Of a DNA stretch of 64,000 nt, positions 44,608 through 57,840 are shown one piece after another. Location of the stretch: the NCBI GenBank assembly GCA_951406725.2, contig OX597820.1, positions 62,744,001-62,808,000 on the forward strand. Reading direction: 5' to 3'. This DNA is from Octopus vulgaris. Taxonomy: Eukaryota. Each line of letters opens with the position of its first letter. The stretch's first letter is position 1. The notes beneath the pieces were generated by a model. That model saw only the letters and a program-made list of their open reading frames with translations, was not told the origin of the DNA and did not search any database. Both the position numbers and the translations under genes were made by a program.

Positions 44608-47584
44608 CATATAGATGACACTGGCTTGCCGCCAGTTTCATCTATGTGTTTCCGTAATGGCTAAGAAGACGTAATGTCTAAGAAAAAATGCCGAAAATTT
44701 CACGTCGCTAAAGCCTTGATTTGTTTACCTTCACATTTTTCCATCATGAAGGTGGCTGACAGGAAATGCGTTTTCAAATATATACATGCATAATAAGTTC
44801 TTATCAACAGACATTGAGAATCGAACAACTAATTCACATAACATTAATTGTAATAATAATAATAATAATAATGATGATGATGATGATGACGACGACGACG
44901 ACGATGACGATGATGATGATGATGATAATGATGATAAAAGGTTTCTATATTTGATGTTTTTCGGGACTTGAGTTACTTGAGTTGCAGCGATGCTAGTGTT
45001 CTGCTAGGTAAAATATTTGTTATTACTTTTTAGGAAAATAATCCGCCATAGAATGCTAATATGGAATTTTCACCGTCCGCGTTGCCAGATTGGGAATGTT
45101 TCAGAGATTAAACATATTTCAGATAGCACCAACGCGCCCTGTTTCAATCTTCATTTGACTCAGAACTGCAGCTCCTTTAAAGAGACAAGTTTTTGAAAAA
45201 TGACTCTGACAAACAGTGACCACGCCGGTTTACAATCAAGAAATCACATCAGTTGTATGTCTGCGCATCGTTAGTCACAGCATGTTCGATACTCAGTGTA
45301 AAGTATAAAAGGAGTAGCTGAATCTATTGACCAGTGGAACGTGTCCCTTCATCTAAAAGCAAAAGAGTAAATTCTCTCGTCTAATAATATCTGATCTGGG
45401 TCACTCTACAGCGGATAGGCAGTAATACAGAAGAGATACAATGTAATGTTCACTGCCTCTGTCTTTTTAAGAATAGATTTCTATCAGTCACTTTTTAGGT
45501 GAAACTGTTTACTTTGCCCACTAGTTGACCTCGATTCCTCTCTAACTGAAAATATATCATGTCATTGCACTTCAAAAATTCCGTAGTAATTAGTGGAACA
45601 TTTGAATGACCATAACCTGAATTGTGTAGTACATCAGTCTCGCACTCCTGTTTCCTTAAATTCCGCCCGGGACTGAGTTCGAATTTCCAGTAACCTTCTT
45701 TACTTGCCTTCTTAAAAATGAATATTTGAACCTTTTGAATCTTGTACTAACTGCAAAGAATATCAAAACCACTTAACGAATGCTTGTATATCAAATAGTA
45801 TATAGCTGCTACTGTAAGAATTCTAACTCCAATTGCTTGAAAATGTTAATAATAGAACACACTTTCCGGCTATTGGCATTATGCGAGTAACCTTCGAAGT
45901 GAGAGATCACAATTTGAGTCTTTTTAGGAAGCTGTAGTTGCGGCAACTGATATAGTACAGTTGATTATAATTGTACATGTGCAAACGTCAAGGATTGCGA
46001 TACAAGAACCCCTACTTGCTTCAACAACATTATCAAGCCTGTCTTTTGTATCTTTAATCATTTAAACCAATTGTTGTTGACAAGTGGTTTCGAATTATCC
46101 TTCCTCCTACAAAAACAACAAACAATACCTTCGCGGCGTAATTATGGACAGTAGGGCATTTAATGGGGAATCTAAACAAGGACATATTGTCTTAATCAAA
46201 AGTGGATTGGAGAACTGTCAACTTGATTCTAATGCTTTAATAGTGTAAGTTTTTTTCATACACCAACAAATTATATTTGCGCATTTCTGAAGTTTATATA
46301 ACACGATCAGGATGGTTTACAAAATACATTAACTACACAGGCACACATATAGGTATGTTTGTGAATACGCATGGAATTAAACAACAGAGAGATTAAAGAA
46401 ACACTGAAATGCATCGCATTGAAATTTAGGAATTCTTCGTGTATTTTGGTGACTGTGCAAATAGTATATGCACAAGTACTTCAGTGAATTTGAAGATCAA
46501 GGGAATCTATTTCAGGACGTAAACTGTGTTCTCATCATTGAGTTAGATGATCAAAAATAGTCTCACAAATTGACATGTTTAGTTGCTATCTCTAACAAAA
46601 TAAATGATGTATGTTTGAGATTGAAAAGACTAAATCACATGAAGTTATTACTTCTTTTCTTACCAATAAAAAGTATTTTTGAAATGCACAGCAATTCCAT
46701 GTATCTCAAATGTAAAAAAGAAAAGTGCTTGATGGGTTTTGAAAACCTGAAATAACAGCAACCTGGATCAATGGTGTGACATGATGCATGGAACTTTTAA
46801 TATATTTGGATAAATTTTAAAATAGATTTCTGTATTATATATAAATCATAAGCTCTCACTCCGAATATGTGATATTTCTTTTGATGTGGTGCACTTTATA
46901 CCACGCAATATGAGTTAATTCGCTTACAAAGAATACCTATTTGGTATTCAAATTGAATAGAGTATCTATTTTAAGATTTTGCTCATCCCACGTATATATT
47001 GAAATATAAACACTACTTAGGAATCATGCATTGAAAATTGTATCGCTGTTTTCCATCACGTACCGATATGAGCTAACCACCCACTATTAGATTTAGACTG
47101 GATCCAAATGAACAAAAGACATGCGGATAATAACGCTGAATCATCATTTTCGCACGACCTCAGTGAGTATTTCCATTGCAATGCAGAATCAATTACCGCG
47201 TTAAGATGCAAAGTAGGGTATTTAATTAAATTTAAAGGACTATTCACTGTGACGTCAATGATGATTCCGTATTGAAACCATTATAATTATCTAGTTAATT
47301 AATGCGTAATTGTGGTTTCAAATTTTGGTACAAAGTCAGGGATTCCGTGGAGTGGATCAAGATAAAGTTGACCTCAATAGAATTCGAATTCAAAGTACAA
47401 AGACGGAGGAAATGCTACTATGCACTTTTCCAGGCGTGCTAAGGATTCCGCAAGAGAGCTGCTTTACTTAATGCGTAATATCATTATTACTTTAAAGTAT
47501 CTCGTGCATGTATACGATTTTCGAAACTTCGAAGTAAATTTCTTTCTTCGGCACCTATATGTTCCTGTAGATTCTTACGCGTCT

Positions 47585-47960
47585 CTCTTTTACTTGTTTC
47601 AGTCATTTGACTGCGGCCATGCTGGAGCACCGCCTTTAGTCGAGCAAATCGACCTCAGGACTTATTCTTTGTAAGTCTAGTACTCATTCTATCGGTCTCT
47701 TTTGCCGAACCGCTAAGTTACGGGGACATAAACACACCAGCATCGGTTGTCAAGCGAAGTTGGGGGGACAAACGCAGACACACAAACACACACATATATA
47801 TACATATACATATATACGACGGGCTTCTTTCAGTTTCCGTCTACTAAATCCATTCACAAGGCTTTAGTCGGCCCGAGGTTATAGTAGAAGAAACTTGCCC
47901 AAAGTGCCACGCAGTGGGACTGAACCCGGAACCATGTGGTTGGTAAGCAAGCTACTTAAG
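47585..47960 (-). mobile_element. tRNA-derived CORE-type SINE, near full length
   Basis: Minus strand: B-box ccgggttcagtccc, CORE-like ctttgggcaagtttcttctactata, internal microsatellite, 3' ggcggtgctccagcatggccgcagtcaaatgactgaaac. Confidence 0.85.
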
Positions 47961-48047
47961 CATACTAGGCTCACTTTTATGTTGTTCACTTTTTTATATG
48001 ACTGTATTTTGAGAGCAGGTCTATCACTGGCTACTAACGTGTGTATA

Positions 48048-48106
<59 letters not shown>

Positions 48107-50168
48107 CCAATGTAACATTGATGTCTTGCTAGAACACAATGAGAGATTCTCTCAAAAGGCGATTGGTGCATGCAAGTACAGAGAGCGTAACAGACGAAAA
48201 TTATCGGTCATGGGTGCCGGAACTTCCCTATAACGTTATTATATGCCAGTGGAAATCACCAAACGGGCAAGTACCATTCTTATGTACTGGGGTCGATTTG
48301 TAGTCAAATGACTGAAACAAGTGAAAAATAACATGAGTTAATTTAATTAAAATTTTTAGCACTCACTCGCTTCTGAAAGTATTAGAGTTCTCTAGAGTTG
48401 TTGAGGTATGACACACGTCATTTGTCAGAGTCCTTCACATTGTTCACAGGAAAATAAAATCTCAGCATAGATAAATCTTACTTCTAAGAAGAACAATCAT
48501 CACTATGACTTCTTTTCTAAAACCTGAAGCTGCTACGTTGTTGCAAAAATTAACCTAAGTGTGAATACATTAAGCGGCGAGAGCAGTAAAAAGCTAATGG
48601 GATATAATTAAGCGAAGAGGGAAAATATAAACAATATTTATCACACTTCTTATCAACTAAACTATTAGAACAAGTACTGGAGACAACTGATGTCATGTTT
48701 GTGCAGTATTATGGCACATTGGGGAAACCTAGACTCCTACATTCTCATCGAGATTATGATGAACGTGTTATTGGTTGTCATAGAAAATTAGATTTTCCTA
48801 TGGAATAAATTACATTGAAAGACCACTCACTTAAAAAGTAGTAGTTAAGTTAATGTTAACATTCTTTATGCAGAGAGTATTAAACTGCTAAATGGATATT
48901 GCTATAAAGCAAGGAAGAGCAATCAATATTTCTGAATTACAAATATTGCTGTTTTTATTTTGATGTATATGGATGAGAACTCTGAGCGCGTCATAGATTT
49001 CACGCTATGTGCAGATATATTGTTGAGAGCATCACTAATCAAATATGTAAGACCTTACAGTGGTATGTGCAGAAATAATATGAGATTATGGATAATAAAG
49101 AACTGATGCTATTTCTTGAACGTAGGCTTTAGAGAAGTTTCGTCCACGAAGAAAATAACAAAAAAAAAGAAGAATCAAAGAAATACAGAGACATATACTA
49201 GCAGCTGAGTAAATTAGAGGACAACTAGATTGGGCGACAGAACACCGGTAAATTAAGTGAGATTTTGTGCGCATATTTACACATGCGTAACATTAGGTGC
49301 CTCTAAACGGGGAAACGGAAACCGAAACCTAAATGAGTGTTACTGTCGTTGAACTCATATAATACCTGACCAACCAAGTCTATATTTACATGCATTTCAG
49401 TCGTAATCGTCTGTTTATTTGTTTCAGACATAGTGATTTTAAAGGACTAAGTTCGTCTTGAGGGTTCGTCATATTCTTGAAGTTGAATTGTGGTTTGTGA
49501 AAACATTTATTGTGCCATTTGTAGACAGTAAACCAGCATAGACGAGAATTTTTAATCTCACATCTTAACGAAGCTGAAATGGAACAGAAGCAGTGTTCTT
49601 CAATATCTTTCTGATTTTTGCTAAAAGGGATGTCTGAAGTTGTTTTTTAGACGCAACATTTGCTTATATTATTTTTAGTATTTAACCCTGGGACATCTTT
49701 TATTAAACACAGCTATTACTAATGGTGATCCAGGCATGACCATCCTAGTTTTGTGTTTATTTATGATTATATTATCCTCTGTGGTGTTCCATGATTTCTA
49801 TGTTGTTTAAGCTCCGTTTGCAACCTATTATTGACCGATGTTTTAAAACATTTGGTACATCTGATATATGTTACACTGTAGTGTTCATTGCGATCTATTC
49901 TCAATCCATGTAAACAACATTTTATATTCAGTGCTAGTATTTCTTTTATTTAATTGTTTATTTTAATTTTCGTAAGTTATATTTCGAAATGTTTCTTTTA
50001 AAAATTTATTATTAATCACTGAACAAACACATATATACACACAAACATGCACACCCATATATACATACATACATCCATACATATATATACGCAATTGTAA
50101 TTTAAAGTAATATAATAATATGTGTGTGTATAAAATAGTTATATACATATATGTATATACAGAAACAG

Positions 50169-50223
<55 letters not shown>

Positions 50224-50938
50224 GATATATACATATATATAATTATATATATACTTATATATACACACATACACAGATGCATACAGACGCACACACATGC
50301 ACACACAAAACACACACACACACACATCTGTAAGTATTTAGGCTTATTTAATTATACATATGTATGTGTCCCTGTGGCTGCGTCTGTATGCATCTGTGTG
50401 TGTATGTGTGTATATTAAGTATATATATATATATATGTTTCTGTATATACATATATGTATAAAACTATTTTATAGACACACACATATATAACTGTATTTA
50501 CATTAAATCACGTTACATTATATATTGTATTATATTATTTGACCGTCTATGTTACTCTACTGTACATTCCTGCTATTCCACCATTATTATTCCCCTGTTA
50601 TTTTGCGAAATATCTTCCTGTACTCCATTGATGCTCTTACAAAAAATTTGGATCTTATGAACAATAGTTTGTTTTGTTTTTTTTTTTATCAGCCACATTT
50701 CGGAAGTAGTTTTTCGCAGTGTGCTTCCCGTGGATCGTAAATATATAAAAAAAATGAAAACGAATTGTAAAACAGTCAAATTAGAGCAAAAAATATAAAA
50801 TAAACATTTATGATTTGTGAATTTTCAGCTTCAAAGCAGAAATAATAAATACTAATTCTGTGAATTTTTCGTGTGGTTGCAAAGCACTAACGAGCACGCA
50901 CCCACAATCACACACATATGCTCACAAGTATATATATA

Positions 50939-51234
50939 TTGATTTAGAGATAGTAGGCCCCTACATCTGACCATATAATAGGAATTTTAATTTTTATTTT
51001 AAATACCTACTGTTTTATTACTTGGCAACACGTGTTTCATGAGGTGTGATATAAGGGCATGATGATTGGGCTTGCATTTTAAGAAGGGTTCCCGGAAAAC
51101 ACGGAGTGGCTTAGGAATCTGAGGATGTACCTCATGAAACACGTATTGCCAAGTAATAAAAGAGTAGGTATGTAAAATAAAATAAAAATTCTTTTTATAC
51201 GTTGAGATGTAGGGGCCTACTATCTCTAAATCAA
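50939..51234. mobile_element. Fold-back element whose arms begin inside a hammerhead motif
   Basis: 50939-51045 is the reverse complement of 51129-51234. Plus 51119-51145: CTGAGGA TG tacct CA T GAAAC ac GTA. Confidence 0.7.
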
Positions 51235-51341
51235 AATATATTTCTTCATTGAGAATAATTTGAACCTCTGTTATGCCGGAATTTTTTTATTCCCTAAAAC
51301 ATAATATTTAACTAAAAAAAAAAAAAATATATATATATATA

Positions 51342-52163
51342 TATGAGGGGGTACCCAAAAGAACCCGGAATTTTGCAATATCATTGTATTCACTTAGTCT
51401 TACATGTTTACGCTTCTATCGCTTTCAAAATATTTGCGTTTTTCATTATTCGAAGCAGTGCTGGATTCTTGCGAACTGATGCTTTTTAACGCCTCCGTCA
51501 TTATTTTCTTCGCCTCTTCCACATCTGCAAATTCCGTAATATCAACTTTCCTCACCAGAGATGACCTTCGAAAAAATCATCCGGATCAACTTCCAACTCT
51601 TATTTCAGTTCACGAGTCGCATTCAGTCGTGACTGCTCTTAATCGTAGCACAATGTTACTGCAACTCTTTTCATTCGCCATTCCTCGCCCAAAATTCGTT
51701 GGCAGGAGCTCCAGCACACACTAGTCTCATCAACAAGTTCATCAATTTTTCGGTGATGGTCTTCCAAGATCAGTTTATGAATTTTAATGATGGTTTCATT
51801 TGTTCGGGAAGCCATCCTGAATAAGATAAATCTTCAAGCGACTAGTGGCCTTTCGTAAATCATGCAAATCACTCGTAATCTCGTAAGCAGCGTCCTATTA
51901 TGCTGATGGAAGCATGAGAGCTGTTTCGGTCGCCGTTTTTCCCAACAGAAAACAGAATTATTACTCCTTCGTTTCAGCGATCGTAAACACTCGACTACAG
52001 GGGAGAAGCGCTGCAAAATACAGACGTACCACGTGGGAGTGTGAAACAACAGAGCGAACCAATCGGCAGACCTATGCATGCCTGATGGTCGCATCAAGTG
52101 AATTTTAGCGGCGTAAGCCTGAACTACAAAGGGCTTGTCCCGCCGGTTACTTTTGGATACGAC

Positions 52164-52166
<3 letters not shown>
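51342..52166 (-). mobile_element. Internally deleted mariner element with both TIRs
   Basis: tatgagggggtacccaaaagaacccgg / ccggttacttttggatacgacgta. Minus-strand fragment FCFLLGKTATETALML. Confidence 0.8.
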
Positions 52167-52242
<76 letters not shown>

Positions 52243-52243
<1 letters not shown>

Positions 52244-52627
52244 CTCTCTCTATATAAACGGCAGTTTGTCTGTGCGTTTTCTGTGTGTCTGTTTTCTCGT
52301 ACCCTCACTCTGACCGCGGCTTTCAACCGATTCTGATGAAACTTGACACACACATAGCCCAATGTCATAATTCAAAACTAACGCAGCGAAAATTTTGAAA
52401 AGTTCCCCCAGTTCTGAAAAAATCGATAAATTCGACATGGGGTCGAGAATCAGAAACCCAAACCACAGACCGTCTAGGGGACGCAACTCCACCTTTTTTA
52501 ACTCTCAAAAAAAAATTTACCATCATTTTTTTCCCATTTTTTTTGCTATTTTTTGGCTATAACTCTCTAAAATTGCTTTATAGTTATTTCCCTTACAAAC
52601 CTGAGCAACGCCGGGCGATACTGCTAG
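52243..52627 (+). mobile_element. Non-autonomous Helitron
   Basis: 5' TC(TCTCTCTATAT), 3' CTAG, subterminal GC-rich hairpin (cctgagcaacgccggg), inserted between A and T with no TSD. Confidence 0.8.
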
Positions 52628-52662
<35 letters not shown>

Positions 52663-52907
52663 AAAGAATTGGGGAACACATTTCAAAGGTCAGGTCATTT
52701 ATCAAATTAAGTCATTTCGCATCATAGGCATATTCATAAACAGTATCAATTCAAGTACAAATATACAAATCATGAAAGCTGATAAGGGGTCCTGACCTTG
52801 CAAATCTTTTCTCTCCATTCTTGCCTATATTCTTATTGTTCCTTAAGACCGCCAATGAGTTGCGCTGTATGAAAGGATATCATATTGATATACTTCTCTT
52901 AATTATT

Positions 52908-52950
<43 letters not shown>

Positions 52951-53030
52951 TATACAGATACGGTCGGTCATGTTCATCTGTCTTCCCGCTTAGTCTGTTA
53001 AGACTTATCATAACTCAAAGCTAGCCTACT

Positions 53031-53340
53031 ATGTTCGTCTGATAGACGAAAAACCCTTTCTGTTATATATTTATGCTGTAAACGTACAATTGTTTTCTTT
53101 TTGTTGAACAACCAAAGTCGATTATCTATTGTATGTGCATAATACTTTTTTCTATTGCACTTGTATTATTATTTCATCATGTTATGTTCGTCTGATAGTC
53201 GAAAGACCTATTCTGTTATTTATTTATTTGTAAATGTACAATTATTTTCCTTTTGCTGCATAGCCGAATGCCGTATGTCTGTTGTATGGGAATAATTCTA
53301 GCTTTATTGCTCTCGTTTTCGTTCTTGTATACATTAGTTT
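53031..53340. repeat. Diverged tandem dimer, period about 153 bp
   Basis: atgttcgtctgatag.cgaaa.acc...tctgttat at 53031 and 53184. Confidence 0.7.
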
Positions 53341-53702
53341 TTTTTTTTTTTCCCAGAAACTTAATCTTTTTAGCTTAATGCTCTGGTGCTTGCCGGATTC
53401 GAGAAGTGGCAGTGATCAACAAGCACGAAACTGCTAGGACCTTCCGGACACTGACTGACGCGGAAATCGGCCGCGAAAGGTACATGTATGTTGATTTTGT
53501 CGGGTTTCCCGTTTGTTATGTTATCGTCTATTTTTCCGTATGCTGTTTTTGTTGGATTTCTGCTTGTGTTTTTTCTCTCTTACACTTGATTCATATATAT
53601 ATAAACTTTCACAGATATTCAATCTATGTTCACTGTGTAACTTGCATCGACTTGTGTCGCCTTCTTCTTGCTTTCCTGCTTTTCATATTTAATTTTCCTG
53701 TA

Positions 53703-54250
53703 TATATCTTCAAGGCAGAAATATATAGCTCGCTTAAGTGGTAAAGAGTGTTACTCAGCACTAGTATTACTAGAAATAAACAACTGAGTAGCCATAGAAG
53801 GCACTATCTTAATGACATGTCATTAAGATAATGCCTTCTATGCCTATTAAAATGGTTTGACTTTTATTTCTAGCAATACTAGTGCTGAGGATTGCCCTTT
53901 GTCACTTAAGTGACGTATATATTTCTGCCTTTAGGATGTAAAATTGCAAATTAGACACCCATATTATTTATTATTTTCACGTTTACCGTTTATGAAATCA
54001 GAGTATGATTTCAACGAATATCTTACGAGCTGAGTTCAAACCTAGGCACAGCGAAAGCCACTGATGAGCATTAAGATGCGTAAGCATAAAAATGCAAAAT
54101 CATCTACGATCTCCCTATTCCTGCTGCTGTAAGGAGACAACCTGCCATGTTAGTATACAAGATAGTGCATTCTCTGGCTATTGATTGTTTTGCATCTTAT
54201 TTCTAGCAATGCTGGTGCGGATTAGTACCGCCTTTGTCACTTTATAAGCG
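53703..54250. mobile_element. Spacerless palindrome joined to a terminally redundant unit of about 334 bp with a hammerhead-like core
   Basis: Palindrome centred at 53817/53818 (atcttaatgacatgtcattaagat). About 53825-53908 recurs, diverged, at about 54159-54243. CTGATGA GCAT taag ATGC GTAA at 54061-54083. Confidence 0.65.
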
Positions 54251-54274
54251 TATATATATATATATATATTGGTG

Positions 54275-54893
54275 GGTGGGCATATGCTGTGCTTGAGAAA
54301 ATCCGGCAAGCCAAGTGAGACCATAACCTCGTGGCCTATGCCAGGTGTGTAACCAGCCCACTTATGCGTACCTTTCCTTCATTGGACACTAAACTCTGCT
54401 TGCGAAGGCCTGTTGAGGTAAGTAAAATTAAAATCGAAATCAAATTCGATGACTGGCATTCGTGCTAGCAGACTGCTAAGAGCAGCATCTGAGCGTGATC
54501 GTTGCCAGAGCAGCTAACTGGCTTCCGTGCCATAGATGGTAAAAAGCACCATTCGAGCGTGATCGTTACCAAAGTCGCCTTACTGCAACTTGTACCGGTG
54601 GCACGTGAAACAACATTCCATCGAGGTCGCTGGACTGGCTCCTGTGCAGGTGGCACGTAAAAACACCATTTGAGTGTGGCCGTTGCCAGTACCGCCAGAC
54701 TGGCTCTCGTGCCGGTGGCACATAAAAGCACCCACTACACTCTTGGAGTGGTTGGCGTTAGGAAGGGCATCCAGCTGTAGAAACTCTGCTAGATCAAGAT
54801 TGGAGCCCGGTGCACCAATCTGGTTCGCCAGTCCTCAGCCAAATCGTCTAACCCGTTATAGCATGGAAAACAGAAGTTAAACGATGGTGATGA
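54275..54893 (+). mobile_element. RTE-related non-autonomous retroelement with internal sub-repeats
   Basis: Repeated gg(t)ggcac.taaaa.cacc / gagcgtgatcgttg units, ggttggcgttaggaagggcatccagctgtag motif, and (GAT)n-like tail. Confidence 0.6.
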
Positions 54894-55013
<120 letters not shown>

Positions 55014-55280
55014 AAAGTTTGAAGTCAAACGATTTTTATTATTAAAAAGTGTAGTGAAATATCTATAAGAAAATATGTAATTCAAGTTTATTAGAACATG
55101 GAGCAAGAATGTCTTGTAGAATTTTCTATGAACATTTACCTTTTGAGTTCAAATCACATGAAGCTCAGTTTTGTCTTTTTTTCCGTTCGGGATCCATAGG
55201 GGAAACGGTGGTCAGTTCTTATGGCTGGTATCATCGACTGTGACTCCCAACCCAAATTCCTGCCCTTCCTGCATGAAACC

Positions 55281-55402
55281 GTCCATGTTCTTTCTTTTTT
55301 ATTCATGACAATAATGTCCGGTTTCTTACGTCTGGTTAGGTGATTGCACTGGGTCATCACATCCCACAAGATTTTGAAGTTCCCATTTTCGGTGACTGAC
55401 AC
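55281..55402 (-). pseudogene. R4/Dong-clade non-LTR retrotransposon restriction-like endonuclease fragment
   Basis: ENGNFKILWDVMTQCNHLTRRKKPDIIVMNKKERT matches EN...KILWD..IQ.D.....RPDIVV.DK. Confidence 0.75.
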
Positions 55403-55418
55403 CTGTATATTATTATTA

Positions 55419-55455
<37 letters not shown>

Positions 55456-55658
55456 TATTATTATTATATTATTATTAAATTCCACCGAGGTCTACTTTGC
55501 TCCTCATCCTTTCGAGGTCGATAAATTATCTACCAGTTGAACAGTGGGGTTGATGTAATCGACACCTCCCCTCCACTAAAATGGCTGCCCTTGTGGCAAA
55601 ATTTGAAACCATTATTATCATTACCAGTACTAGTAGTAGTAGTAGTAGTAGTAGTAGT

Positions 55659-55689
<31 letters not shown>

Positions 55690-56388
55690 TCATCATCCCC
55701 ATCATCATTATCAGCAGCAACATCCTCATCATAATCATCTTCACCATCATCATTATCATTATTATTACACGTTATGTTTAAATATGTCTAGGCTTGACAA
55801 GTCTTTAATATTTAAACTGATTACCCCACTCAAATATAAGAAAATTACCAAACATGAAACAACGTATTCGCGAGTACATCTAATACAATTATTCCACTTG
55901 TATTTTCTACTGTCTCCACCAATTATCTAATACCTCGTTAAATAGTCTTACTGGTTTTCTCATTTACTTTTGATATGTCTCAGTGTTGTATCAGGCTTCG
56001 TCATTTCAGTTCAAAGAATTGGTAGTCTTGTCCTTCTAGAAATTTTCAACTGAATTTTGTACAATTCATTTCTGCAAAATATTTATTTTATATGCCTGCG
56101 ATTAGTTGCAATGACAGCCATTGCAGATATAATTATTTCTACTTAACTACTTCAAATTTAGCGTAGATGCATTCTATCTATTTTTCTGTCTCCATCGCGC
56201 ACGCATACATAAACACACATTAACACACAACAACATATACAGATACTAAACATAAAAATATACAAACAAACACCTACGCAGTGAGATAAAATTTATATAT
56301 ATATGTATGTGTCCCTCTCTCTCTCTTTCTCTCTTTGTTTATATATATATATGTGTATGTATGTATGCGTGCGTGTGTATGTGTGTGT

Positions 56389-56420
<32 letters not shown>

Positions 56421-57472
56421 TAAGGATCTTCAAACATATTTAGATATTTTAGATATTAAAAACAAATTAAACATAATCTAATATAGAAGTGAATATATGT
56501 ACTTGAGTTACATATTTTCTTATTGCTGTTTCAATGAGATATTTAATAGTGAAAATCATTTGACTTAAAACTTTTGCTGAAGATCAAATAATTCCCAGAC
56601 TAATCTTGTGGCGCGCCAACAGATGACAGCTCACTGTTGCATGCGCAGTGAGAGACAGCAGTGAACGTTATCTGGCAGTGTGCCAATGACATCGCTGTGT
56701 TTACTTCGCAAGTTCTGAAATTTGTATTTTTGTGATTACGTGTATACTGTAGTCTATGTTTCCGTCATGGACAGAAAGTTGGAACAAAGACCCTACATAA
56801 AATGCTTGCGTTAAAATTAGGAAGTCTGCTACAGAGACATTCAACACGCTTCGGGAAGCTCACTGCGACGAGGCAGTGGGTTGTACGCAATGTTTCGAGT
56901 GGCAAGGACATTCAAAAGCGGAATATCATCTCTGGAATCCATGAACGATCTGTCACGAGCCTTACCCCCGGAAATGTGGAGATAATTCATCAGCGTTTTT
57001 GCGTGAAGATCGTCGGAGGTCAATGAATGCCATAGTTGATGTTTTTGTACTGTCTGCACTGATCGGTAGGTTCCATGAATGCAATTCCTAACATCTCAAT
57101 TCTGCACGACGGCCTGGTACCCTGTCACCGAGCTTTTCTCATTCGCCGAAAAAACAACATGGTATTGCTTCTGCACCCGCCCCATTCGCCAGATTTTGCA
57201 CCTGCAGACCTCCATCTGTTCCAAAATTTAAATGCAGCTCAAAGGTCGCCGTATTATAACAAACATGTCGAGATCAAGAGCAATTTACAGATGATCCTCG
57301 ATGCGTTTACGAAAACGGCTTCAACGCCGGACTCCAAAAGTGGCAACAACGATGATACCGGTATATTTTTGTGAAAGATGACTATTTCGAAGGAGACGAT
57401 GTTAAAACTTAAGTACGTAAGTAATTTTTAATTAAACATAACTAGTCCGGGAATTCTTTGAACCAACTCGTA
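56421..57472 (+). mobile_element. Degenerate mariner transposon
   Basis: ATG at 56767: MDRKLEQRPYIK...KSATETFNTLREA...CFEW (HTH). LLHPPHSPDFAPADLHLF is the YSPDLAP motif. C-terminal DYFEGD, then terminal ccgggaattctttgaaccaactcgta. Confidence 0.85.
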
Positions 57473-57630
57473 TTAGATTGATGGTCAGCGAAAGTTTTAA
57501 TATCTATAAAATCGTCAATAGCTTGTTTATTTTTGTTTTTTTATTTATTCTTAGTGTTGCTTAATACGTTTTGCTAACATTGCTGTTTTTTTTCTGATAT
57601 CATCAGAAAAAGTAATTAAAATTCATTAAA

Positions 57631-57840
57631 ATGACAGATCTATTGGACTTTCAAAGAGGTAAAATTGTTAGTGTTAATATGGCAGGCACTAGCATACCGA
57701 AAACAGCCGAAATGTTTCGTGTATCAAGAAGTACTGTCTCTAAACTAATGACGGCCTTTGAGAAAGAGGTTAGAAACCTCCCCCATCAGAACAAAACTCC
57801 GGAATAAAACCAAAACTTTCAGTTAGGGACCGTCGGACTC
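57631..57840 (+). pseudogene. Tc1-type transposase, N-terminal part
   Basis: MTDLLDFQRGKIVSVNMAGTSIPKTAEMFRVSRSTVSKLMTAFEKE, then after a frameshift NSGIKPKLSVRDRRT. Confidence 0.8.

Noticed and set aside
45100-47280. Short open frames and splice-like sites in unique sequence
   Set aside because: Short, with no recognisable protein motifs or consistent exon phase.
54480-54740. Repeat-spacer-like pattern resembling CRISPR
   Set aside because: Degenerate internal sub-repeats of a eukaryotic retroelement; spacers are related to each other and there are no cas genes.
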